Assembly (NCBI GenBank): GCA_963796965.1
Contig: CAWCNS010000011.1
Span: forward strand, 320,001 to 384,000
Direction of reading: 5' to 3'
DNA: 64,000 nt
Source of the DNA: Calditrichia bacterium
GTDB taxonomy: Bacteria; Calditrichota; Calditrichia; JAJRVZ01
The translations under genes and the position numbers were made by a program. Under the pieces are notes generated by a model. That model saw nothing but the letters and a program-made list of their open reading frames with translations, was not told where the DNA came from and did not search any database. Below, in pieces: positions 11,774-22,062 of this stretch (positions are counted from its first letter, which is position 1; the number at the start of each line of letters is the position of its first letter).

Positions 11774-13066
11774 TTGCCTCTTAACCACTTTATTATACAC
11801 ATCTAAAATATTTGTGGCCATGTTATTCATGGAATATTTCTCGAAAACAATTTCACGGCCCTGCTTTCCCATTGTACGAACACGCTCAGGATCATCCAGC
11901 AAAGATGAAATGGCCCGGGCCAGGTGCTCAGGATCATTGGGTTCATATATGATGCCTCCTCCGGTAGCTTCAATAAATTCAGGATACCCACCCACATTGG
12001 GTTGAACAATTGGAACGCCGGTGGCTAAGGCTTCAACCTGGTAAGCACCAAAGGCTTCGCCTCCGGGAACTGGAACCGAAAGTAATGATAGGGATGAAAG
12101 AAATTCCAGTCGATTTTCCAAATCAAAACTGTCAAATACAGTGACATCATTGAGAATTTTATTGGCTTTTAAATTCTTCAGCATTTTTTTTACAAATAAT
12201 TTATCATCTCCCGTATAACCACCCATCAAATATAATTGCACGTTTTTATACTTTGGATCTTTCTTTAATCTGATAAAGGCGTCAACGATAATACCAAGAC
12301 CAAAATATTCAGACATCCGACATAAGTATCCAATTACAGGTGGGTCAAAATTCAAGGGAGACTGTTTATATCTCTCCAGATCTATACCACCGTAAACCAC
12401 CTGGATTTTATCTGCTGGAATTTTCATCTGTTCCTGGGATTTTTCAGCAAAATAATGACTGGCCGCAATGAACATGTCCACATCCTCTGAGCGTTCAGAC
12501 ATTTTGTTCCAAACCTGATCCCGATAGTTTTCCCGCATGGGATCGATCCATTCATTTTCATCCTGCAGTGAACAGACAACCGGTATATTCAGATCATTTT
12601 TAAGCCGTTTGGCCATACCCAACAAAAGTGCATTTGAAAGATGTACAACATCCGGTTTAATCTCTTTTTTAAGAAATTCGATCAGATGATCCAATTCTGT
12701 AGCCTGTCTTCCCTTTTCTCCATCAAGCATGGATAAGGTCATTTCCTCAAGTCCGGATGCCCGGGTTGACCCGGCCTTTTTTGCAGCCATCTTCAACAAG
12801 GGTGTGGAATCTAGAATTCTCTCAAGCCACATGGGTGCTTTACGGTAAAATGGAAGAATCTCTTTTAGATAAATATTGATAGCACCAAAGAAAACCGGTG
12901 TATCGCCCATAATCCCAGTGGTTTCAACACTCAGAGGGAGGTAAAGCGGAACCATGATGACATCATTCCCCAACTCCTTGAGGGTTTTTATCAATTCATT
13001 ATCGCGCATGCAATTTTGACAATAAAAAGTACCACCTGATCCCGGAATAATATGTACTATTTTCAT
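11771..13066 (-). CDS. Glycosyltransferase family 4 (GT-B)
   Basis: EAFGAYQVEALATGVPIV (EX7E) motif, KPDVVH, GGYPEFI; unusual N-terminal FYCQNC. Confidence 0.9.
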   Translation of the reverse strand: MKIVHIIPGSGGTFYCQNCMRDNELIKTLKELGNDVIMVPLYLPLSVETTGIMGDTPVFFGAINIYLKEILPFYRKAPMWLERILDSTPLLKMAAKKAGSTRASGLEEMTLSMLDGEKGRQATELDHLIEFLKKEIKPDVVHLSNALLLGMAKRLKNDLNIPVVCSLQDENEWIDPMRENYRDQVWNKMSERSEDVDMFIAASHYFAEKSQEQMKIPADKIQVVYGGIDLERYKQSPLNFDPPVIGYLCRMSEYFGLGIIVDAFIRLKKDPKYKNVQLYLMGGYTGDDKLFVKKMLKNLKANKILNDVTVFDSFDLENRLEFLSSLSLLSVPVPGGEAFGAYQVEALATGVPIVQPNVGGYPEFIEATGGGIIYEPNDPEHLARAISSLLDDPERVRTMGKQGREIVFEKYSMNNMATNILDVYNKVVKRQ

Positions 13067-14226
13067 TTAGAATCTCCAAATGCATATACCCTGCCATCAT
13101 CGGCACCGATTATTATTTTTCCGTCTGTAACAGCAGGAGAACCGGTTATAGCCGCCCCAATTTCATAGGACCACATTACCGATCCATCTTTTAAATCTAA
13201 TATATAAATTCGTCCATCGTTAGAGCCAATCACCACCCGATCATTGCAAATAACCGGTGAACTATCTACATCACCCCGTGTTTGAAATCGCCACTTTCTT
13301 TCTCCGCTTTGCCTATCCACACAGTGGAGAGAATGGTCCCGCGAACCAATGATCACCACATCCTGGTTAACCGCAGGAGACGAGAAAAAGGCTGCTCCTT
13401 TTTTTTGATCTTCATATTCCCACAGGATTTTTTGGGCAGACAAGTCGATGCAGATCAATTTATCTCCATAATGCCCGATGTAAGCTTTACCCTCATACAA
13501 AGCAGCCGAGCCCGCAATATAGGCACCGGCCGGCACCTCCCCTATTTTTTTACCATCACTTACCGAGATAATGTGGATAACTTCATCACATCCGCCAAAA
13601 ATTGCTCTTTGCCCATCTATGGCCGGTGATCCATTGATATAATATTCCGTTTCATAGGTCCACTTCAATTTTCCAGACCTGGATTCAAACCCATACATCA
13701 GGTTATCATAACTTCCAACAAGGATCAGTTTATCCTTCCTTCCCGGCAATTGGATCCAGTTTGCTGATCCATGGATCTGACCATCCGTCTCATATTGCCA
13801 TAGCACCTCTCCATTTAATGCATTAAGAGCATAGAAAAATCCCCCAATTGATCCGATATAAATCGTCGAATCAACAAGAAGTGGGGCCGCCTCAACATCA
13901 TCTTCCGTATCAAAAGACCATTTCTTGGCACCGGTTACCAGATCCAGGGCGTAAACAAACCCATCATTTGAACCAATAAAGACCATCTCCAAACCGACCA
14001 CAGGAGAAGATTTTATTTCATATTCTGTTTTAAAGGACCATATCAATTGGGGTTGGTCAGGAAGGTTACCCTCAGCTGTACCGGTAAGTCCCGAACTACC
14101 TCTGAAAACAGGCCAGCTGGCTGTGTTACTCTCACCTGTCTTTATCTGACCTTCTTTCTCAGAGACGCATCCGAAAAAGGTGGTAAGCATTATTAACAAC
14201 CATAAAAGTAGAGTGTTATTTATCAT
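13063..14226 (-). CDS. PQQ-like beta-propeller lipoprotein
   Basis: Start MINNTLLL...FFGC (lipobox-like), WPVFRG, regular SSP..G.DG..YALD..TG..KW repeats; overlaps both neighbours. Confidence 0.85.
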   Translation of the reverse strand: MINNTLLLWLLIMLTTFFGCVSEKEGQIKTGESNTASWPVFRGSSGLTGTAEGNLPDQPQLIWSFKTEYEIKSSPVVGLEMVFIGSNDGFVYALDLVTGAKKWSFDTEDDVEAAPLLVDSTIYIGSIGGFFYALNALNGEVLWQYETDGQIHGSANWIQLPGRKDKLILVGSYDNLMYGFESRSGKLKWTYETEYYINGSPAIDGQRAIFGGCDEVIHIISVSDGKKIGEVPAGAYIAGSAALYEGKAYIGHYGDKLICIDLSAQKILWEYEDQKKGAAFFSSPAVNQDVVIIGSRDHSLHCVDRQSGERKWRFQTRGDVDSSPVICNDRVVIGSNDGRIYILDLKDGSVMWSYEIGAAITGSPAVTDGKIIIGADDGRVYAFGDSK

Positions 14227-15808
14227 TGCCGGCATCCTCAAAACTGTCTTTCGCTGCCAGGGCAGCCGTGGGACAGGCTTCAATGCAGTCCCGGGCAACC
14301 TTCTTCAAACCCTCCTGCATTGATTTATTCAACGGTACCTGGACGCGTACATCAAATCCCCGTCCAATAAAAGTTAATCCAAAATCTTCTTTAGCATTTT
14401 CTGTAATTTTTACACATAATCCACATTTTATACATTTTCCATCTTCATACAAAACAAAATCATGCTGGACATCCAGTTGAAATTTTTTCCGTACACCCGT
14501 TTTGAACCTTAACTGACTGCCCTTATATTCATCGGAATACATCCGTAATTTGCAGGAGACCTGTTTTCGGCAATCACATCGAAAGCAACGACTCGACTCG
14601 AGTACCGCCTCATTGGATGAGAATCCTCCTTGTTTGCTATTTTCAGGAACAATCGACAACAATGCGCCGGCCTGTTTGGCAAATTCTTCGCCTTCTCCCT
14701 CCATTAACTTTCCCATAACAGAATTGAAACGACGTCCATACCCATTTACAGTTGCCTCATTGAATTTTTGATTTACAGACGCGGCCATAAATTTCCCATG
14801 GGCAAGGGAGCGGATAGCCATCTTTCCCTCAGCAAGAATATTTCCACCAGCAAACACATCTGCTAAGTTGGTTTGAAATGTTTTTTTATCTACAACAAGA
14901 CCACGAGGTGTTTTTTCCAAATCATCGTAAACAGGTAGGGATTTCTCTGAAGAACCTGTTGCCAGGATAACAGCATCATAATCCTGTTGTGCCTCTTCCA
15001 AAGAAATATCCTGTCCCAAATTCTTATTCATTTGAAAATTTGCTCCTAATTGGCGGATAATGTCAATCTCAGCATCGAGTACCGATTTATCATATCTTTC
15101 ATCCGGAATTCCATACCTTAACAATCCACCCGGCTCAGCCTGATTATCAAAAACCGTGCATTCATGTCCCTCGGGAAGCAGGTAATAGGCTGCCGCCAAT
15201 CCCGCCGGACCCGCCCCGAATATAGCCACCTTTTTTCCTGTTGGATTTTTCTTCAGGGGCATAAAAGGTGAGGCACTTTCAAGATCAACATCCGCTACAA
15301 ACCGTTTTAGGAGGCAAATTCCTAAAGTACCGTCATGATATTTGCGATTACATCCTTTTTCACAGGGTGCCGGACAAATTCGGCCCAGGACAGCCGGTAA
15401 GGCAATGTTTTGTTTAACCGTTTTTAGAGCAGCGGCAAAGTTTTCTTCCTTGATCTGTCTTATCATCAAAGGAATATTCATGTACGCCGGACATGATCTC
15501 TGGCAGGGTCCTTCACAATTACCAACATGCTCGCTCAGTAGAAGATCCAGGGTGTCTTTACGGGCCTGTTCAACCCGGTTGTTTTTAGTTTCGATCTGCA
15601 TGCCATCCACAGCGGGTGCCGAGCAGGCCGGTACAAGTTTATCCAAATTCAGATCTTCAACCACACAGACCATGCAGGAGGTAATTGGTCCGCATTCTTC
15701 CAGGTAGCACATGGTGGGGATATCAATACCCAACGTTTGTGCTGCCTGAAGGACGGTTTGTCCTTCTGCAGCTTTAACTTTTTTGTTATCTATGGTTAGG
15801 GTGATCAT
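14216..15808 (-). CDS. 2Fe-2S/4Fe-4S/FAD oxidoreductase subunit (NuoG/HydA-like N-terminus + GltD-like FAD domain)
   Basis: IPTMC...CMVC...C (2Fe-2S), PCQRSCP and GRICPAPCE..C (GltD Fe-S), GAGPAGLAAA FAD motif, RCFRCDC, CIKCGLC, CIEACP. Confidence 0.85.
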   Translation of the reverse strand: MITLTIDNKKVKAAEGQTVLQAAQTLGIDIPTMCYLEECGPITSCMVCVVEDLNLDKLVPACSAPAVDGMQIETKNNRVEQARKDTLDLLLSEHVGNCEGPCQRSCPAYMNIPLMIRQIKEENFAAALKTVKQNIALPAVLGRICPAPCEKGCNRKYHDGTLGICLLKRFVADVDLESASPFMPLKKNPTGKKVAIFGAGPAGLAAAYYLLPEGHECTVFDNQAEPGGLLRYGIPDERYDKSVLDAEIDIIRQLGANFQMNKNLGQDISLEEAQQDYDAVILATGSSEKSLPVYDDLEKTPRGLVVDKKTFQTNLADVFAGGNILAEGKMAIRSLAHGKFMAASVNQKFNEATVNGYGRRFNSVMGKLMEGEGEEFAKQAGALLSIVPENSKQGGFSSNEAVLESSRCFRCDCRKQVSCKLRMYSDEYKGSQLRFKTGVRKKFQLDVQHDFVLYEDGKCIKCGLCVKITENAKEDFGLTFIGRGFDVRVQVPLNKSMQEGLKKVARDCIEACPTAALAAKDSFEDAGNDK

Positions 15809-16048
15809 TTTAATAATATTTTTCCTAGGTGCATCAATTTTTTTTCATCCACGAATTATCCGTCTTCTCCGGATTAGGCAAAGACTGACACGAATTTGCA
15901 CGAATTATAAATTTATTCACCAACGGTGACGTAAGGACGAAGCATTCCGTACATGATCCAAGACAAAATTCACAAAATTTTGCTTGGAATGCTTCGCCCC
16001 TACGTCTTCCCTCTTCTCTCCACGCTTTACGCTCTACGCTTAACGATA

Positions 16049-18427
16049 CTATATAATGTCCACGGCATCATGCGGGCAAACCTGTAAACACGTATCGCAT
16101 TTCGTACATTCTTCCTGGATGATTTCGTGTTTTACATAGGGAATTGCCGGAATGGCATCCACCGGGCATTTTTGGGCACAAATCGTACAACCAATACAGT
16201 TGTCATTAATCGTATATTTGATCAGGGCCTGACAACTTTTTGCCGGACATCTGCCCTCCAGATGTGCTTCATATTCCTCACGAAAATAGGTCAGCGTGGA
16301 AAGAACCGGATTTGGGGCTGTCTTGCCAAGCCCACATAAACTTCCCTGTTGTGTCTGTTTAGCCAATTCCTCAAGTTTTACCAAATCGTCTCTCTTGCCC
16401 TCACCGCGGCATAGTCTTTCCAGGATTTCCAGCATGCGACGGGTTCCTATTCGGCAATGTGTACATTTTCCACAGGATTGATTACAGGTAAAATCAACAA
16501 AATAACGGGCAATATCCACCATACAATCAGAATCATCCATCACCAGAAGACCACCGGATCCCATCATCGCCCCAACCCGATATAAATCTTCATAATCTAC
16601 TTTTGTATCAGCAAGTGCTGCCGGGACGCATCCACCCGAAGGTCCACCAATTTGCACGGCCTTAAACTCTTTTCCGTTTTCTATACCCCCACCGATTTCC
16701 TCCACAATTTCTCGGATTGTAATCCCCATGGGAACTTCAATCAAGCCACCCCGTTTTATTTTGCCTGCCAGCGAGAAGACTTTTGTTCCCTTGCTCTCTT
16801 TAGTACCAAGGGCGGCAAATGTCTTTGCACCGTTTCGGACTATCCAGGGCACTGTGGCATAGGTTTCACAATTATTCACCAGGGTTGAATGTCCCCATAA
16901 ACCCTCTTCAACCGGATAGGGCGGACGGTAACGTGGCATACCTCTTTTGCCTTCAATGGAAGCGATCAAGGCTGTTTCTTCACCACAAACAAAAGCGCCT
17001 GCCCCCTGCATAATTTTCAATTTAAGCGAAAAATCACTGTCAAGAATCTTATCTCCCAATATTCCCTTTTCTTCGCATTTTTCCAGGGCATTCTGAATGC
17101 GTTGAACGGCGAGGGGATATTCAGCTCTGATATAAAAATAGCCCTCGTGGGCACCAACAGCATAGGCAGCCAAAATCATTCCTTCTATGACACGAAAGGG
17201 ATAGGATTCAAGAATCATCCGATCCATAAAAGCCCCGGGATCACCTTCATCTCCATTGCAGATAATATATTTGATGTCATCTTTGATTTGGTGGGCTATG
17301 AACCACTTTTTACCGGTGGGGAAACCGGCACCACCACGTCCCCGTAAACCGCTGGCGCTAACCTGCTCAATTAATTCAGATGGAGCTACTTCTGATAAAA
17401 CTTTTTTTAAGGCCTGGAAGCCACCCTTTTGGCTGTATTCATCCATATCGAGAGGATCGAGCACGCCGGCAAATTCGGTGGCGATATGTTCCTGGCGGTC
17501 AAGAAAAAGACTTACATGTGGATCACGTGTATCCAACGGATGACGCGTAAAATCTCCCTGGTCATCATCGCTGAGCAGATTTTCAATCATCTGAAGTGCT
17601 GAATTGGATAGGCGATCCCTTAAACGATCTGGTTTAAAGTGTCGTGTAACGATTTTTTTAACTTCATCGGCCTTAACCTTTTCATAAAGAACCGGTTCCT
17701 TATCGGGAGCTATAACTTCAAGTAAAGGCACCCGGTGACACATACCCACACATCCTACCCGTTTAATCTGTGTATGGACGCCCGTATCAACAAGTGATTC
17801 TTCCAGGGCTTGTTGAACTTCAGCACTCCCGCTGGCGACACAACAAGAACCCAATCCCACCCGAATTTCACCTACCTCATCTGAAAATGGTTTATGTAAC
17901 ACCTGTCCCAAAGACTGACTCTTTTCCAGGGACAAAAAATCATTTAAAATATTGGCAACCCCATCAGCCGAAGCATGTCCATAAGTAAGCCCGTCAATCT
18001 GAACCACCGGAGCGAGGGTGCAGCAACCCAGACAGGCCACCCGTTGAATGGTAAACTGTCCGTCCGGATCAGTATCTTTGCCATTAGGAATATCCAGTTC
18101 ACGGTAGAAAGCATCCGCAACTAGCTCGGCCCCTTTTACATGGCAGGCTGTGCCCGTGCAGATTTGAATGAGATGCTCTCCGACCGGTAGGTGGCGGAAT
18201 TGAGCATAGAAGGTAGATACACCAGAAATTGATGCCGGTGTAATTTCTGTTATTTGACAGACATGTTTTAATGCCGATTCGGGGAGGTATTTGTATTTTT
18301 TTTGAATCTGATGCAGAATTGGAATGACAGATTCGGGACCCTTTCCGGTTTCTGCCACTATCTTATCTATCTCGGCATTCATTTCATTTCCGACCAAATT
18401 ATGGAGAATCTCTATTTCAGCCATCAT
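16049..18427 (-). CDS. Fused NuoE + thioredoxin-like 2Fe-2S + NuoF (HydC-HydB-like) NAD(H)/FMN flavoprotein
   Basis: CTGTAC/CLGCC; CCVASG/CVGMC; GLRGRGGAGF, DEGDPGAFMDR, GAFVCGEETAL, GGPSGG, CGKCTHC, C-terminal 2x[4Fe-4S]. Confidence 0.9.
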   Translation of the reverse strand: MMAEIEILHNLVGNEMNAEIDKIVAETGKGPESVIPILHQIQKKYKYLPESALKHVCQITEITPASISGVSTFYAQFRHLPVGEHLIQICTGTACHVKGAELVADAFYRELDIPNGKDTDPDGQFTIQRVACLGCCTLAPVVQIDGLTYGHASADGVANILNDFLSLEKSQSLGQVLHKPFSDEVGEIRVGLGSCCVASGSAEVQQALEESLVDTGVHTQIKRVGCVGMCHRVPLLEVIAPDKEPVLYEKVKADEVKKIVTRHFKPDRLRDRLSNSALQMIENLLSDDDQGDFTRHPLDTRDPHVSLFLDRQEHIATEFAGVLDPLDMDEYSQKGGFQALKKVLSEVAPSELIEQVSASGLRGRGGAGFPTGKKWFIAHQIKDDIKYIICNGDEGDPGAFMDRMILESYPFRVIEGMILAAYAVGAHEGYFYIRAEYPLAVQRIQNALEKCEEKGILGDKILDSDFSLKLKIMQGAGAFVCGEETALIASIEGKRGMPRYRPPYPVEEGLWGHSTLVNNCETYATVPWIVRNGAKTFAALGTKESKGTKVFSLAGKIKRGGLIEVPMGITIREIVEEIGGGIENGKEFKAVQIGGPSGGCVPAALADTKVDYEDLYRVGAMMGSGGLLVMDDSDCMVDIARYFVDFTCNQSCGKCTHCRIGTRRMLEILERLCRGEGKRDDLVKLEELAKQTQQGSLCGLGKTAPNPVLSTLTYFREEYEAHLEGRCPAKSCQALIKYTINDNCIGCTICAQKCPVDAIPAIPYVKHEIIQEECTKCDTCLQVCPHDAVDII

Positions 18428-20102
18428 TACTTCCTATACAATACAGATTCTCTTCACCACGTATATAAATTCTACCAGGCATAAAGGCAGGAATGGTCAT
18501 AGCATCTTCACCAAGGGCCGCTTCACTTATAAGTTCAAATTCTTTACTTACTTTAATTATATGCGTCGTGCCGGACATATCGATTAAATAGACGCGGTCG
18601 CCAACAACAATTGGTGAGGAATAGAATCCCTTATCGAATTCGTGGATCCAATATTGCTCTCCATTTTCACTGTTAAAACAGGATACGGCTCCAAAACTTG
18701 AGGCCATAAAAAGAAAGCCAGAGACCGCGACGGGACTGGAAACTTCTGACAATTCTTCATCATACTCCCAGGCAATAGCAGGCTCATCCCCTAATTTTAT
18801 GGCTGCTAATATGGCAAATTCATTCACAGCAAATACCATTTGATCTGCAAAAGCCGGGGATGGTGCCACTTCTCCATACATACATTCCACCCGCCAAAGT
18901 TCCTGACCAGTTGAAGGATCATATGATATCACATTCGGGTTGGTACTTAATATAACTTGTGATTGTTCACCCGTATTAATTAGAATTGGTGAGGACCATG
19001 AGATTTGGTCTTCCCTTATCGTTTTATACACCTGATTACCATTATTAATATTTAAAGCTAATAACTGCATGCTTTCATTATGGTCATATTGTACAAGAAT
19101 TAAATCTTCATATCTGATCAAAGATGAAGCATGGCCATAATGATTATCGGGGACGCCTAAATTTTTCACCCAAACACGCTTTCCTTCAAAATTCAGACAG
19201 GCCATATCTCCGGTGGCAAATATGACAAAGACCCTCTGCCCATCCGTGGTCATGGTCGGTGCTGCGTAACCGGTATCTTTTGTAACCTTTGGTTTTTTTG
19301 CCGGGGAACCCGGTATATCATTCAACTTCTCTATCCAGATAATTTTACCAGAGTTTGTATCCACACAATAGACTTCCTGACCTTCTTTATCTGCACCGGC
19401 CAGGAATAATCTATCTCCCCAGACAATGGGTGAATTAAAGCCGGGTTTGGGTATGGCCCATTTCCATAGGATATTTTTCCCTGAAGGTCCATCCCATTCG
19501 GTAGGCACATTCTCCTGGTAAGCAATACCTTGCCCGCTTTCTCCTCTGAATCCGGGCCAATTCTGGCGTAGTTCCTCTATGGATGGCAAAGCTATTTCAG
19601 GAGAAGATTTCTCCCCTACCCCACTCACGGTCAGGAGATTAGAGATCAGGGCTAAAACGATTATCCCTAACCCGCTGTAAATAATAGACTTCCTGGCAAG
19701 AATCTTCTCATCCCAGGTCATATCCGGATGTGTTGGAACCTCAAGATCAGGAAACTTTGATTTTTTTGAATTCAAGAATTTTAGGGCGAGAATCAAAATG
19801 ACCAGAGAGGTAAACAATAAGAATCCGCCGGTACGAATTTGCCATTGATTAGTGAAGTAGGCTTTACGGGCTAGTAAATCCAGGGCTCTGATCTGCTCTT
19901 TCAATACTTCATTATCCGGATCCTTTTGTAACTCAAGCATCATTTTAACGAGTACATCGCTCTTGAGCGGTTCAATGGATTTGGTCTGGACATAATTAGC
20001 AATCATTAAAACACTGAGGATGAGTGCAAAGATTGCTGTGACAAGCACAATTTTCCGGGCCAGGCTGTAGGTAAATTCAGATGATTCTGTCATATTTTTC
20101 AT
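18417..20102 (-). CDS. Membrane-anchored PQQ-like beta-propeller (3 N-terminal TM)
   Basis: Three hydrophobic segments, then NWPGFRG, GFNSPIVWG, SWSSP, FYSSP; overlaps the NuoEF start. Confidence 0.85.
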   Translation of the reverse strand: MKNMTESSEFTYSLARKIVLVTAIFALILSVLMIANYVQTKSIEPLKSDVLVKMMLELQKDPDNEVLKEQIRALDLLARKAYFTNQWQIRTGGFLLFTSLVILILALKFLNSKKSKFPDLEVPTHPDMTWDEKILARKSIIYSGLGIIVLALISNLLTVSGVGEKSSPEIALPSIEELRQNWPGFRGESGQGIAYQENVPTEWDGPSGKNILWKWAIPKPGFNSPIVWGDRLFLAGADKEGQEVYCVDTNSGKIIWIEKLNDIPGSPAKKPKVTKDTGYAAPTMTTDGQRVFVIFATGDMACLNFEGKRVWVKNLGVPDNHYGHASSLIRYEDLILVQYDHNESMQLLALNINNGNQVYKTIREDQISWSSPILINTGEQSQVILSTNPNVISYDPSTGQELWRVECMYGEVAPSPAFADQMVFAVNEFAILAAIKLGDEPAIAWEYDEELSEVSSPVAVSGFLFMASSFGAVSCFNSENGEQYWIHEFDKGFYSSPIVVGDRVYLIDMSGTTHIIKVSKEFELISEAALGEDAMTIPAFMPGRIYIRGEENLYCIGSNDG

Positions 20103-20410
20103 TTTTAGACTTCAAAAAAAATTATTTCGATATACTCGATAGTTAATTACTCTCGCAAAGGCGCTAAGTCGCAAAGAATAGAATTTTTATAATATAGATG
20201 CCGAAATAAATTCAGCATGACAAATATCACGATTACTTTTTATTTAATTTTGCCAAACCATTTAAAAATTGATTGTTCCGTGTTGAATATTGAATATTGT
20301 CAATTTTCTTTACCTTTTACCTTTTTCCTTAGAATACTATATATTTTTCATATTTCTTATCTTAAATACGCTGCGTCACCGCGTCGCTGCGTGAGATAAA
20401 TTATCCGGAC

Positions 20411-21724
20411 TCAAAATTCATTAAGAATGGATGCCCTGTTGAGATTAATAATTCTTTCCTGTTCAAAAGGACAATAGTCAAAACATCGGGCACAACTGTA
20501 ACAGGTTCCTGTATTCGCTGTATATTCTTTATGTCTCCTCCGAACAGAAAGATTCACTAATTTAATAGAAAAAACAAGACCCAGAAACCCTCCTAAAAAC
20601 CAACCACCGAATTGAAATTGTTTTTGAATATCCCGTGCCTCTGCTAATAATTGGTCCATGGGTTTGCCGGAGGCACGAAAGGTACGTGTTTCTAATGTGG
20701 TTTCAGGTCTTTCACCACTATTTTCCAGAATAATCTCCTCGGCTAATGAGACGGTATTATGTTGCCGGGACAAGGGGAGATGCATTTCTGATACCACCCA
20801 TCCGCTGCCAATCACTATCACTGGAAGCAATGCGAACAGCACCACCAGGCGACGGATGCTTAATTTTTTACTCTCCGTTATTTCACCCGGATCCGGTTTA
20901 TCGATGGCACCAAAGGGACAGGATTCTTCGCATAACCGACAGTTGGTGCATTCTGTTGGTGTTATCGTCACATGTTTTCTCGAAAGGCGGGACATCCAGT
21001 TGAGTAGAACGCCATAGGGGCATATAAACCGGCAATAAGGACGGGCCACCACGGTCCCCAATAATAGTAGCGAAACACCAAGCACAATCATATTGAATGT
21101 AGCCCCAAATCGAAAGAATCCCACAAAAGGATCATATTGACAAATAATAAATCCGGCACCCGTTGAGGCAAATAACACCGCTAATCCCAAATACATATAA
21201 GGAAAAAGTCCCAGAACCTCAGACAACCAGCGTGGTACATTGGTGTGTTTGAGTACAACAACATCCTGAATGGCACCAAGCGGACAGACGGCAGCACAAA
21301 AGGTTCTGCCAAAAAATAATGTAAAGATTAGTGGAATGACAAAAAATGCTACCACTATTAATGGAATTCCATAACTGGAATTGAATAAAGCATATACCAC
21401 ATTCTGGATTGATCCTATGGAGCATACACATCCTTCTCGAAAATATCCAAAGTAAATCAAGGAAAATACCATTAATAAAAACACATGTTTCCGGGATCGC
21501 ATTTTAAGGGCAAAATAGGAAGCGAGGGAAATTGCTGCCAATAGGATAACAACATCAAGATATTCCAGGGCCATGGATCTGGGTTGCGGTGCGGTAGCTA
21601 TAGGACGGACATAGCCTGATTTAAAATCCGGTTTAGGGAATCTTTCCACCACCGAAAATGAACTGGATATCACGATCAATAAGATGAATAATGCAACTAA
21701 TTTTTTATGTAGGTTTTTATTCAT
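20411..21724 (-). CDS. Polytopic 4Fe-4S membrane protein (NapH/MauN-like)
   Basis: GRTFCAAVCPLG and RPYCRFICPYG CxxxCP motifs; CTNCRLCEESCP and CYSCARCFDYCP; many TM helices. Confidence 0.85.
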   Translation of the reverse strand: MNKNLHKKLVALFILLIVISSSFSVVERFPKPDFKSGYVRPIATAPQPRSMALEYLDVVILLAAISLASYFALKMRSRKHVFLLMVFSLIYFGYFREGCVCSIGSIQNVVYALFNSSYGIPLIVVAFFVIPLIFTLFFGRTFCAAVCPLGAIQDVVVLKHTNVPRWLSEVLGLFPYMYLGLAVLFASTGAGFIICQYDPFVGFFRFGATFNMIVLGVSLLLLGTVVARPYCRFICPYGVLLNWMSRLSRKHVTITPTECTNCRLCEESCPFGAIDKPDPGEITESKKLSIRRLVVLFALLPVIVIGSGWVVSEMHLPLSRQHNTVSLAEEIILENSGERPETTLETRTFRASGKPMDQLLAEARDIQKQFQFGGWFLGGFLGLVFSIKLVNLSVRRRHKEYTANTGTCYSCARCFDYCPFEQERIINLNRASILNEF

Positions 21725-22062
21725 TTATACCTGAATTGTCATTCCACAGGAGGACGTAAAACGTTACAATTTATTTCACGCAGCGACGCAGAGCCGCAGC
21801 GAAAACTTCCACGAATTACACGAATTTTGACTAATTTCACGAATATTATTTTTGAAATATCCAATTGGTCATCCTGAACTTGATTCAGGATCTCAAATTA
21901 TTCTGATAATACAGATGCCTAAATGAATTCGGCATGACAGATTTCCTGACTCTGATTTAAATTGATTTTGTAAAACAAATTGGACATTGAATGTTCCGTG
22001 ATGAATATTGAATGTTATTTTTTTTTTCCTTTTGCCTTCTAACTTTTTGTATCTTGTATTTT

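Noticed and set aside
14216..18427. [FeFe]-hydrogenase, formate dehydrogenase, complex I or glutamate synthase
   Set aside because: No H-cluster motifs, Mo-bisPGD domain, Nuo membrane arm or GltB partner.
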